A stretch of DNA of 64,000 bases. Source: Gracilinanus agilis (Eukaryota). The stretch is taken from NCBI RefSeq assembly GCF_016433145.1, contig NC_058132.1, positions 165,721,778-165,785,777 of the forward strand. Direction: 5' to 3'. Under the pieces are notes generated by a model. That model did no database searches. It saw only the letters and a program-made list of their open reading frames with translations, and was not told the origin of the DNA. Shown here in pieces: positions 1-12,074 of the stretch (the first letter of the stretch is position 1; every line of letters begins with the position of its first letter). The position numbers were made by a program, and so were the translations under genes.

Positions 1-334
1 TACAAGGATCAAATGATATATGAGCTACATAAATGCTCATCATGACTATTTTCTTAAAAACAACTTTATTGGTAATATGATTAATAATTAATATAACAAA
101 TATTAATAACCACTTGACCATAGGCATTTACAAATACCTATTTGATATATTTCTTCATCCTCTGAAATGAGGACAATAGTTAAAATCTTTACTTGATATG
201 GCCAAAATAAATGATTGTGTGGGAGATAGGTTAAACTACTTTCATTTTTCTGATTTCTTTTTGCTGTGGTATGTGAGGAACTTCAAGCATCATTCAACAG
301 AGGAATTCAGAAACAGTTTTCTGCAATCCTCCAG

Positions 335-512
335 CTCGTGGAGACTCATATCTAACAGCATCGTTGGATATCTTGAGATGATAAGAACAGAACCTGCATG
401 GCTTGGTAACTATGATTTCCAGAGACTTTCAGAATCATTCCATTTTTGTAACTGAAGAAGAGGGAGTTTTGAGCTTATTTTGTTTCTAGAGTGACCTCAT
501 TTCTCCTCATAG
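335..512 (+). promoter_or_regulatory. Putative 71-nt 5'UTR exon (335-405) and ~107-nt intron (406-512) upstream of OR gene 1
   Basis: Acceptor TCCTCCAG ends at 334; donor G|GTAAC at 405/406; polypyrimidine acceptor TTTCTCCTCATAG ends at 512, 13 nt before the ATG. The same arrangement recurs before the paralogs (donor G|GTGAGG at 27069/27070, acceptors ending 27165 and 32850). Confidence 0.55.
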
Positions 513-525
513 ATCCCTCAAGAGA

Positions 526-1467
526 ATGACTTCAAAAAATGACTCTTCAGTGACTGAGTTCATTCTGGCAGGCTTAACAGATCAACCGGAGCTCCAGCTC
601 CCCCTGTTCCTCCTCTTTCTAGGCGCCTATGTGATCACTATAGTTGGAAACCTGGGACTGATCATTTTAATCACAATGAATTCTCACCTTCATACTCCTA
701 TGTACTATTTCCTCTTCAACTTATCTTTCATAGATCTCTGCTACTCCTCTGTAGTTACTCCCAAAATGTTGATGAATTTTGTCCTAAAGAAAAATATCAT
801 CTCCTTCTCAGGATGTATGGCTCAGCTCTACTTTTACTGTTTTTTTGTTATTTCTGAATGCTACATGTTGACAATAATGGCTTATGATCGTTATGTTGCC
901 ATCTGTAATCCATTGCTGTCCCATCAGGTCTGTTCATATCTATTGGGTGGGGCTTATGTAATGGGGTTTATTGGTGCAATGGCCCACACTGTAGGCATGC
1001 TAAGATTGTCCTTTTGTGATGCCAACATCATAAACCATTACATGTGTGAAATGCCTCCTCTCTTTAAGCTCTCCTGCACCAGTACCTATGTCAATGAGCT
1101 GGTGGTTTTCATTGTGGTGGGCACTAACATCATAGTACCAAGTGTCACCATCTTCACTTCTTATGTTCTCATCCTTTCTAATATCCTGAGCATTAGGTCC
1201 ACTGAAGGCAGGTCCAAAGCCTACAGCACCTGCAGCTCCCACATAATTGCTGTGACTCTTTTCTTTGGGTCAGCTTCATTCATGTTTCTCAAGCCAGCTT
1301 CGTCAGAATCTATGGATCAGGGCAAAGTATCTTCAGTCTTTTATACAAATGTAGGGCCCATGCTAAATCCCCTTATTTATAGTTTGAGGAATAAAGATGT
1401 TCAAATTGCTTTGAGGAAAACCTTGAGGAAAAGAATTTTTTCCAGAGCAAAAGCAGGATTTTCATAA
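526..1467 (+). CDS. Olfactory receptor family 8, OR8B-like (313 aa, open frame, 5-aa deletion in ICL2)
   Basis: OR motifs GN (TM1), [19 protein letters not shown], KAx[21 protein letters not shown] and N-terminal sequon NDS are present. The PLLYNVIMS segment of the paralog is shortened to PLLS. Confidence 0.95.
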   Translation: MTSKNDSSVTEFILAGLTDQPELQLPLFLLFLGAYVITIVGNLGLIILITMNSHLHTPMYYFLFNLSFIDLCYSSVVTPKMLMNFVLKKNIISFSGCMAQLYFYCFFVISECYMLTIMAYDRYVAICNPLLSHQVCSYLLGGAYVMGFIGAMAHTVGMLRLSFCDANIINHYMCEMPPLFKLSCTSTYVNELVVFIVVGTNIIVPSVTIFTSYVLILSNILSIRSTEGRSKAYSTCSSHIIAVTLFFGSASFMFLKPASSESMDQGKVSSVFYTNVGPMLNPLIYSLRNKDVQIALRKTLRKRIFSRAKAGFS

Positions 1468-1619
1468 CATGATTTGAATTAAAGGGTATAAATTTTCTTT
1501 TTTTCCCCTGGGTTAATTAATATTTTCTCAGGAAGGAAACTTTACCCAAATTATTTTTTCCCTTTTCTCTATCTCCCAGTATCCTAGTAGAAAGACTACT
1601 TCCTCTGGTTTAAAGATGC

Positions 1620-1770
1620 AGTGGAAAGTGTGCTAGATTGAGTCAGAGAATGAGGGTTTTAAACCTGGATATTCTATATCTGTTACTTAACCTTTGTAGG
1701 CTTCAGTTTATTTGTAAACATGGAGGTTTTGGACCCTGATGCTTCTGAGATCCTTTATAGGTATAAATCT
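1620..1770 (+). mobile_element. Degenerate MIR-type SINE 3' of the OR, repeated in the paralogous cassettes (~28270-28430, ~34810-34900)
   Basis: Resembles the MIR core (GTGGAAAGTGTGCTAGATTGAGTCAGAGAA...TTACTTAACC...TGTAAA); recognised from memory of the consensus. Confidence 0.5.
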
Positions 1771-4169
1771 ATGATCTTTGACTTAAAATGCAAATACCCC
1801 ATAGAATTATTCAATAACTTATATCATAATTGTGGTAGATCATTTAGTCTTTGTCCATTGTTACTGATTATGAATTCCAGAAGGCAATGAATGTTATACA
1901 TGTATGTTACCTGGGAAAAAAATCATAAAATGTCCAAATGATGTACACATAATACAATCCTTCCCCCCCCTAAACAAATCAAGCTTAACTGACCTTACAG
2001 CCCTTTTGGGAAATGCATTTTAAAAACGTTTTCTATCAAATTGTTATAAAAATTGGAAGGGTTACCAAATATAATTTGTCCCTAAGAAGAAAACTTGAAA
2101 TAATTTTCTTTCACTTCTTCCCTGACCCCAAATTCCATACTCCTATGCAAAATTGCCTCTATTGATGTGATGATATGATATGATATGTGTTCTGACACCC
2201 AGAGGGTGTCAACAGGACTAGTTTGGCTCAGAACAATAATTAAATATTCTCATTGTAATGTAAATGGAAATATATTTATAACCAGGAAATGATAAGAAAC
2301 AGACAACTAAGAGGTACTACTTTTAAGGAAAAATGTTTTAATTTTTCAAAAAAATTACTATTAAGAAAGTTTCTTATAAGATTTACAGTATGTGAGAGTT
2401 TGGAGCAAGATGATTATATTTATACACCTCTGCAAGTAGTGTCCTTTACACTGGCAAATTGACTGAACTTCCCAAGTGGAGAAGACATTTATTTTTTTAT
2501 CAGAAGCTGATTAGAACAGTGGAAAGTGATCAAATTGTGAAAATGTATTTGTAATTTAAAACTCTGTAAAACCTGGCCCCTTTCTACTTTTCCAATTTAT
2601 CTGCTGCCCCTCTCCCTACACCCTGAAGTTAGCCATAATGGCTTACTTGCCCCCATGCATGCATTCCTTCTATATCTTGCCAGTTTTCACTGGCTATCCA
2701 AGATACCTATAATATACTCCATTCTCACTAAAATCTCTTAGAATTGCTTGTTTTCTTCAGCTCATTTAAGTGCCACTTTTTATATGAGCCCTTTCTTAAT
2801 TGCCTGAGCAACTTATGCCTTCCCTCTGAAAAGTAACTTCATTTTGAATATAAACGATATGTAATTGTATATATGGGATACATATTTTCTTTTTCATTCC
2901 TGCAGAAATGTTTTTCATTCTAACCTTCTTCTTTGAGTATTTCTTTAATCTTGTCTGAGAGCTTATCCTGAGCATTAATAGCTTATTTAAATTCTTTTTT
3001 CTGTTAGATAAATTTGATAGTGTAAAATTCGAGGAATTTATTTTATTTTACTTTTTTCTCAATTTTCTCTTCAACCATCACAGATAACAGTTTTCAGAAT
3101 ATATTTTAAACTTTGAATTCCTCATTCCTCAAGTATTCTTCATAAAAGAACAATTAAGGTAGTTTTAATAAGAGCTTTGTTTCTCTATTCTCCATAGATT
3201 CCTTATGGATCCTTAGAGATTAAAATTAAACCCACACATTCTTTCCCTGCTTCCAGAGGAAGAAGCCCCTTTAGAAAGTCAGTTGCAACTGAAACTCTAA
3301 ACAACCAAACTGTCCTTTCTGCAACATTGCATTTGATTTTTAAAGATATGGTAACAATTTCAATAGTCTCTGTTGGAGAACCTAGTGAAACAGATAGGAG
3401 AGTAATAAGTTAATATGATAGAATTAAGTAATTAATATATTGAAGATTCATACTTTTTTATTATAGTAGTGCAAAGACAAATATTTAGAAGTTGGCTTTC
3501 AAATCATGAGATCATGGGTTTGGAAATGGAAGGGATTTTAGATTTCATCTAATCCTACATTCTAATTTTATAGAAAATTGAAGTACCTGCCCAAGATGAC
3601 ATAGGTAGTAAGCAGAGTCTGTAATTAAAGAATTGAACATTATTTGAAGACTAAATTAAAGTTCAAGGTTCTTGTAGTTGAAAAGCAGCATGTATTAGAG
3701 GAAAGAGTGATAAAATATCATATCAAATCCTATCTCTGATATTTGGTGTTTCCTTACCAAGAAAATATGAATGACAACACTATAGTCTTCAATAGGTTGT
3801 ACTGAAGATCAGTTGAGAAAACCCAAGAATAATACTTTGCAACCTTTTTAAAGGTCTGTATAAATGCAAGTTATTGTTTTTTATCTCTTTGTGTATTGAT
3901 TTACTTCCCATCTTTTCCAAAGAAGATTCAATAAAACTGTACCAGGACCCATCATTATCCCACTATATTTTTGTATTTCATGTTCTATATTCTCAGGTTC
4001 AAGTAATTAAAATTACTTTTTTTTAGCAATTATGTCAAATGATGTAAGCTCATTCTCAGCAGGATTGTTGAAAGTGTGCTTGTTACAACTTTATTAGCAG
4101 ACAGAATAACCAGGATATTATACACCTTTTTCTGTTCTCATAAGCCGTAAATTTCATTTATTAGGTACC

Positions 4170-4500
4170 CACATTTTATTATTTTTTAATTTAAAAAAAT
4201 TAGAATATTTTTCCATTATTACCTGATTCATGATTCACTACCTCAACTTTCCCTCCCCACTCCTGCAGCTGACAAGCAATTCCACTGGGTCATACATGTA
4301 TCATTGTTCAGAAACTATTTCCGTGTTATTCATATTTGCAATAGAGTTATCTTTTACCATCAAAACCCTAATAATATCCCTATTGAACTACATGATTGAT
4401 CATATGTTTTTTCTTATGCATTTCTGTTCCCACAATTCTTTCTCTGGATGAGGATAGTGTTCTTTCTCATAAGTTCCTCTGGTTTGTCCTGAGTGGTACC
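4170..4500 (-). mobile_element. 5'-truncated L1 3' end
   Basis: Reverse complement matches the + strand L1 3'UTR at ~23700-24060 (e.g. CTATCC..ATCCAGAGAAAGAA.TGTGGGA, ATGATACATGTAT.ACCCAG). A T-rich tail lies on the left. Confidence 0.7.
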
Positions 4501-4849
4501 TGAATTTCAAAGATTTTCATTCATTCCATGTAACTTGGAGATTATGTGGATTTGATAGAGTAACACCTATTAAAATAATATTCTTAAATTTTTTTTTGCT
4601 CAGATCCATGTCTGGCAATTGTATCTTCTCAGTCTGTGATAATAATTCAATTCTGGTATATTTTATTGATTACATTCTCTTTGTTATTTTGAAGTGTTTA
4701 TTTGTAGTATGGGGATTTGTCATTTTTCATTCCATGAAAGGCAATGTCCTTTGATGACTAATTCTAGCTACCAGGTCATATCTTGCTAGGTATTCTATAA
4801 ATGCTAAACTTTAAAATATTTCAATGATATATTCTACAGATTTTTTGAT

Positions 4850-7800
4850 TTCTTTTTTTGAAAATTATTTTATTTTTAATTGCACATAAAATCACTTTTA
4901 ACATTTGTTTTAAAACATTTTGAGTTTTAAGTTCTCTCCCTTCTTCTCTTCCCTCCCTATCTAGAGAAGCTAAGCAGTTTGATATAGATTATACATTTAC
5001 AATTATGCCAAATGTATTTCCTTATTAGACATATTGCAAAAGAAAACATAGCAAAAAACAACAAGAAAAATAAATAAAGAAGAGTATGCTTTAATCTACA
5101 TTCTGACTTCATCAATTCTTCTTTTGGAAATAGATTACATTTTTCATCAAAAATCTTTTGGAATTGTTTTGGACCATTGCATTGCTGAGAATAGCTAAGT
5201 CATTGCTGTTACTGTGTACGATGTTCACCCAGTGCTACTGACTTCACTTTGTATCAGTTCATAAAATCTTCCCTAGTTTTTTTGAAGGTATCCTGCTTGA
5301 AATTTCTTATAGGACAATAGTATTCCATCACAATCATATACCATAAATTGTTCGGTCATTTATTTATTGATGGGCAGCCTTTCAATTTTTAATTCTATTC
5401 CACCATAAAAAGAACTTAAATTTTTCTATATTTAGGTCTTTTTCCTTTTTTGATTACTTTGAGATACAGTAATAGTGCTACTGCTGAGTCAAAGGGAATA
5501 TATAATTTCATAACTCTTTGGGAATAATTCCAAATTGTTATCCAGAATGGCTGGATCACTTCAAAACTCTACCAACAGTGCATTGTGCCCTGATTTTTCC
5601 ACATTACCTCCAACATTTGTCATTTTCCTTTTCTGTAATATTAGCTAATATTGATAGATATGAGGTGGTCCCTAAGAATTGTTTTATTTCTTTTTAACAA
5701 TTTATCAATTGTGGAATGACTTGTATTCGTATAAGTTTGACTTAGTTCTCTCTGTCTTTCAGAAATGAGGCCTTTATCAGAAAAACTAGGTAAAATTTTG
5801 CCCCCTCCAATTATTTGCTTTCCTTCTAATCTTGACTGCATTAGTTTTCTTTGTGTAAAACTATTTAATTCTTATAATAAAAAACTTCCATCTAACATTC
5901 CATAATGCTTATGCTCTTTTGATCAGTTCTTCCCCTTTTAATAGATCTGACAGATAAAATCTTCCTTGCTCCTCTAATTTGCTTATCATATCACCCTTTT
6001 TGTTTAAATAATGTACCCATTTATACCTTATTTTGGTATATGGTGGGTGACATTTTTTTGGTCACAGTTTTTGTCAAACTACTTTCCAGTTTTCTTAGAA
6101 ATTTTTGTAACCTAGTGACTTCTGATCCAAAAAACCTGGAGCTTTAACAAACACTACATTAATATAATAATTTACTATTGTGTATCATGTACCTGATCTT
6201 TTCCCCACTCTATTTCTTAGGCAATACCAGATTTTTTTTTTATGATTACCTCTTTATAAAGCAGATTCAGATCTGGTACTGCTAGTTCACCTTCCTCCAC
6301 ATTTTTTCATTGATTCCCTTTATATTCTTAACTTTTTGTTCTTCCAGATTAATTTTATTTTATTTTTTACCTTTACAAAAATTTTTTTTCAGTTTGGCAG
6401 TATAGCACTGAATAAATAAGTTAGGTGGAATTGTTATTTTTATTATATTGGCTTACTCAATAGCAACTTATATTTCTCCAATTATTTAAATATTGCTTTG
6501 TGTGAAATGTGTTTTGTAATTATGTTCTCATAATTTCTGGGCTTGTCTTGGCAAGTAGACTCCAAAGCATTTTTCAATGTTTAGACTTTGTTACTAACAG
6601 CAATAAAATGATCTAAGACAGTTCTGAGGGATTTATGAAAAAAAATGCTATCCACCTCCAGAGAAAGAACTTGGAGTAGAAATGCAGATGAAAACATATG
6701 ATTTATTACTTGTTTATTTTGGATATGTGATTTGCTGCCATACTGTTTTCCAAATATTTAGATTTTTTAAATGGAATTTTTCTATTTTTTTGCTGCTGGA
6801 CTTGGGAATATATAGAAATGCTGATGATTTGTGTAGGTACATTTTATGTACAGCATTATCCTACAACATTACTGAAATTGTTCATTACTTCAGCTAGTTT
6901 TTTAGTTGATTCTTGAAGTATATCATATAATCTGCAAAGAATGATAATTTTGTTTCCTTATAGCCTTTCTAATTCATTCTGTTTCCTTTTTTCTTGTAAA
7001 TAGCATTTCTATTATAATATTGAATAATAGTGGTCATAATGGGCATCCTTGCTTCACCCAGATCTTATTGGGAAGACTTCTAGCTTATTCCCATTATAAA
7101 TAATGCTTGCTGGTAGTTTTACATATATACTATTTATCATTTTAAGGAAAGCTCCACTTATTCCAATTATCCCAGTGTTTTTAATAGAAATGTTATATTT
7201 TGTCAAAAAGCTTTTTCTGCACCTATTCTGGTAATTGTGTGATTTTTGTTTTTGTTTTTTTGTTGTTGTTGTTATTGATATGGTCAATTATGCTGATAGT
7301 TTTCCTGATATTAAATCGGTTCTGCCCTCCTGGTATAAATCCCCTGTTGGTCATAGTGTATGATCTTTGTGATATATTGCTGTAATCTCCTTGCTACTAT
7401 TTTATTAAAATTTTTGAATCAAGATTCATTAGGGAATTTGGTCTATAATTTTTCTTTTTGTTTTTGCTCTTTGAAGCTTAAGCATGATTTTTTGATGTAA
7501 AAGGAATTTGGTAGAACTCCTTTGCCTATTTTCTCAAACAGTTTATGTATGATAATACTGGAATTAATTTTTTTTTGCTTTTTAAGCTCTTTCCCAATTG
7601 TCTTCAGCCTTCCTTAATTGTTTTTTGAATTGTATTTTGAGTTCTTCTAAAGCCTGTGTCAAATTTGCTGGAGTTTCTGTGTTTTTGCTTGATGTTCCTT
7701 GGTCCTCCTCTGTTCCATTTGCTTTTTGTTCATTCCTGGATGGAAGCTGTCAATTGTAATTTCTTTTTTCTTTTTCTGATGTTTACTCATATTTTTTCCT

Positions 7801-7960
7801 TCTTTCCCCCCTGTCATTGGCTGTAATCTTGCTTCTATGATTATTTGATGGATCTGTGGATTTGGGCTATTCTGTTCTGAAGGGGCTTTTTCTCTGCTCT
7901 GCTGATTAACTAGATTAGGCTGATGGTATTAATGAGCCCTGAGGTCAGATCTTCTATAGC
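4850..7960 (-). mobile_element. Internally deleted L1: 5'UTR/ORF1 start, ORF2 RT region and 3'UTR, with a small + strand L1 3'UTR piece at ~6590-6730
   Basis: ORF 7054-7287 reads FLKMINSIYVKLPASIIYNGNKLEVFPIRSG followed by VKQG (L1 ORF2 RT). An ORF1-type start MSKHQKKKKEITIDSF lies near 7789. Poly-T at ~4853. Confidence 0.8.
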
Positions 7961-8698
7961 CCCTGTCCTTCCCTCCTGTGATTAAGAAAAGTTCATTGCT
8001 TGATTGCACCAGTCTTGGAAGATAGTGGCTGGACTTCTTTGAATAGTAAATCATATTTCCTTGAAGGACAGGTTGGTGGTATAAAGTTATTTGATGAGAT
8101 TTCCTGCTATCTACCCCTATCTCCTAAGGATAGTAGAATTCCTTGAGGTAAATATATAATGGTGATAAGCAAAAGAACTGGATTTCTAAACTTAACTTAT
8201 GGGTTAGCTGAATTTCTGCACTAAGTTCAGAGACAAAGAACAAAGGCAGTTGCAGAGCAAAATCAATGAGTTTTAAGTAGGATCAATAAAAATGATGCCA
8301 AATCAGTTTACTCTTCTCAGTTTTATCTTTTCATCAATGAGATTCATATATGTGTTTTATAGATCACTTATCTATAAGTTAATCCTTTCACAGAGTCAGG
8401 ATTAGGAGGGAGCACTAAGACAAGCCTTTCCAGTGTAAGATGGGAACAGGTTTTATCATGACAAATAATACAAAGTCTAAAAAGAAAAAGACAGCAGAAA
8501 GCAACAATGGTCCATTCACCAAGGGTAGGTGACAGGATGCTTCCTTAGCCAAGTGAACCAGAAGTTATTCCATCAGAAGTCATCTAAGGCACGTTTTTGT
8601 GTACAATTTTCCTGACCAGTTATTTAAGAACAATTAAATATAGCATAAGCCACAGTAAGACTATCTAGAATCATGGACTAAATTTAGAAGGGAGAATT

Positions 8699-9597
8699 TG
8701 TTATATTTGGGAAGCTGTAAAATGCCAGGGGTCTGTAGCTATCAGGTCTCACTAATTTTTTGGTCTATGGAGAGGACACACACACACACACCCACAAACA
8801 GACTTGACAGAGGGGAGGGGCAAAATCTTTCTGAGTGTTCCTTCACTTTTCCCCTCCCACTAGGCAGTTGGAAAATCAGTTACTGAAGATAATGGTGGAC
8901 AGACTTGTTAACTACAGGGCCAAGTCAGTAACTTAGGAAAGGCTGAACTAAAGTTGATAACCTTCTCTAAACTATTTCCCCACAGGATTGAATAGGAGAA
9001 AATAGGAGAAGCTTGATGTCTTTGAAGCTTTAAGGGACAGAGGAAAGGTCTTACTTTTGGGCTACAAGGCAGGAGGAACTCTGCTTGAGGAAGTTGTATT
9101 TCCCTAAATATAGCCAGACACTGCTCCCAATTGATTAAAGGTTTAATGATATGTGAGGAAGGGAAGGAAGGGAGAAGAAATAAGGATTAATAAGGTCAGG
9201 GAAGCCCTCAAACTGCTATGTCCAAGCAACCCCTCCCCCCAAAGGAAAAGGTATCTTGTATTAGCTGATCTGCTCTCTATGCCTATAAATAATCTTCTCT
9301 TATATCTAAATAACTAAATAGAGATAACTGTGATGTTGATTGAATGTCAAATCAAAGTAAAGTAGGTTGGCAGCTAGGAACTAAAATGGCTTTGTTCAGA
9401 TTCAAGCCTCTAGCCCCCCAAGAGCAACCAGGACCTAGGACACAGCAAACAGAGTGACCTGCTTACTCCAAACCCAGGACCCAATTGCCTTTAACTGCCC
9501 CCTCTCTCAGAGTTCTCAGGGGCCCTATGGAATTCTGAGCTGTGGCCTGACCCCCTCTCTTGCAGCTGGAATTCCACTCTGCCATCTCAATCTCACA
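8699..9597 (-). repeat. 3' LTR of the provirus (899 bp)
   Basis: Direct repeat of 18763-19667 with about 23 substitutions and 4 indels by manual alignment. ATTAAA on the minus strand at 9142-9147 implies a long (~440 bp) U5. Confidence 0.97.
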
Positions 9598-9613
9598 GTA
9601 ACCCCTCATTTCT
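9598..9613 (-). promoter_or_regulatory. Polypurine tract (PPT)
   Basis: Minus strand AGAAATGAGGGG followed by TTAC immediately before the TG of the 3' LTR. Confidence 0.75.
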
Positions 9614-11445
9614 AGTAGCTAGAATTTCCACTGGAAATTCTTCAGGCTTAATACATTTCAGCACACATTACCTCCCCTCTACACTACTTCTAAAGTAATT
9701 TCCCTATTCCTAACAACTTAACCTTATGCTCCCTATTCATAATAGCTATGCCTATGCCTTATTTTAACTGTCTACCCTTATCTAAGAAGGAAAAAGAAAG
9801 GTAAACAAAGGGAAAAAAGGGTTTTGATATAAATACAAGCATGACAACAAATGAAACATATTAACACAATTATAAAACTCAACTTTGCAACCAAACAGTT
9901 TGCAATGACTATTGCTAAAGCATGAAATGAAAATATCTTTGAAACACACTCAAATGCAAACTTGCAAAAGGCTAAACTGTTTCTCAACTTCCTTCTGACT
10001 TATAACAAAAGAAACATGGTCACCCTCTATAAGCAGAGTGCTATAAAACTGTGTCTAGGCATAAACAGAAACATTTAATCCTAAATTTTCATGTTAGTAC
10101 CTTACTGAAAGCTATATTAATGGTATTAATACTTTTAAGTTCTAAATTATTGGTACATTAAGGTTACCTTGTTAGTCATAACTATGTACATGGCTATATA
10201 CAATTAATTATTCTTATACTATAGTGACTTTCCCTGACCAAATCTGTATTCCAAAGGTCCCTAAAGCTACCTTTCCCTAAGTTGTTAGTAACTCTAAACT
10301 ATATATGTTAGTAATTATAATACAGCTATACACAATGCAACAAGTTCCATTGACCTCTATCAAATAAAAAAACAAACAATGGATCTTTTGATATGCTACA
10401 GATCCTAGGATTATATATAGATATTCATATGCAATATGTACATATGATACATATATACACAATAGAGACTCTCATTTATTTACATGAGGTCTATGTCAAG
10501 AATTGAAAAATCAGTTTTGTGTTGTGTCCAATGAACTAATAAATGCTGATCCATGTATATATTTACCCTACTGTACGGATCTTCTGCCTACACTGGAGAA
10601 CCACAATTCTCCTTGTTTAGCAAAATGTAGTGTGGCATGCAAGCTACCATGTGATGTCTTATTTGCATATTGTGTGGTTGTGACATAATTCTTTCTTCCA
10701 GTCTTCTTCCTGTACAGTACTTAATAAAGATTATAGTTCCCTTGTGATTGCCCATTCCTTTGTGCCTTCCTTGCTGTGAATTGCTGCATCTTGTAGCTTC
10801 TGTGTTCTTCCTTTCTTCCTCTGTACTGCATTCATACTCCCCTGTTGTCTATTATCTTGCTAAGTGGTTGTCTTGTCACCTTCTTAATCAGGAACAGTAG
10901 TTGTTGTTATGTAATTGTGTTAATTATTATTGTGTTATTTGTGAGTTGCATAAATTTTGTTTTCCAGTTTTTTTTCTTTCTTTTTTTTTGTGGGGGGGGA
11001 TTTCAAGCAGTTCAATCTTCTTCAACAGTACATTCTGTATGCTGTGGATCTGTTTGTGTATTTATTCAATGTTGCTCTAAATCAGTTGGTGTTTCATGGT
11101 GTTCTTCATGTACAGCGTGTTCTTTTACAGGCTTCACATATGTGAAGGGATCTCTGTTCTCAACTTTGACACATGTCTGGCTAGTTAATAATATTTGATG
11201 AGGACTTATCCATTTAGGGTCTAAAATGGATTTCCTTGCAAAGTTCCTTATGCAGATCATATCTCCTGGTTTAAGCTGATGTAAGCTAATGTCTAAGGGA
11301 ACTCTCTGAGTTAACAGTCCAAGGTTGTGCAATTCATCCAATCTTTTCTTCAAAGTTTTTATGTATTTATACAGCTGACATTCAGCTCCAAGGTGTGACA
11401 AGTGAGCTGATATCTGGGATGAACAATGCCATAGAGCATGACCAT

Positions 11446-12074
11446 TGTGATAATTAGATTAAGTCTACACTGCCCATCTTTAGATTTAATCACCAAAGGT
11501 GGGAGTACCTCCAATCTTGGGAGGTCCTACCCCAGGTATGCTAGAGTGAGTGATGAATCAGAATCGACTGACCCGCCCCCTAGGCTTTCTATGAGAATCA
11601 TCTATTGTGATTGGACAGGCAGGCTAGGTGAAGGCATTGGAAGTGACGCATAAGTGACCCCTTAAAAAGAGGGAGTTGAGTGAGTGAGAGGTCTTCTGGT
11701 TTTCTGAAGAGGACCTGAGGGAGCTTTGCTGGTTCGTGACTGAGACTGTTCCACATGGTGAGTTTAAAGACTGAATCTTCCTGAACTTCTATTAAGAAAC
11801 TTTTTTTATAGACTCTGTGAATGAAGTTTGCTCCATTCACCTCTGGGTCTCAGTCCCTTTAACCCTCAGCTGAGGGTTAAGACCTGCCTGGATTAATTAG
11901 TGGGATAGATTCTTATTTCCTTACTTCCTCTCTCTGTTCTCAATTCTAAATAAACTTCCATAAAAGTCAATTTTGATTTGAGATTATTCTTAATTGAGGA
12001 TTGATAATAGTTCAATTCTCTAGCGACCATCTTTTAATATACTGAACCCACAAAATCCCTTTTTTACCCTTACA
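11446..12074 (+). mobile_element. Nested solo LTR (629 bp, 4-bp TSD) in the integrase gene, antisense to the host provirus
   Basis: Starts TGTGA, ends TTACA; TSD CCAT at 11442-11445 and 12075-12078; AATAAA at 11949-11954. Removing it restores the integrase frame (FELLYG|HALWHCSSQISAHLSHLGAECQLYKYIK). Confidence 0.92.

Noticed and set aside
198-455. Remaining short ORFs of 60-130 aa in the ORF track
   Set aside because: They fall in L1/LTR/SINE sequence or AT-rich intergenic DNA and show no recognisable motifs.
1000-1242. Antisense ORFs within OR genes (1000-1242, 27611-27913)
   Set aside because: Shadow ORFs from the codon bias of OR TM regions; the similarity between them follows from paralogy.
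11440-12030. Alternative 6-bp TSD GACCAT (11440-11445, 12025-12030) for the integrase-nested LTR
   Set aside because: It gives an end without CA and does not restore the integrase frame; the 4-bp CCAT boundary does both.
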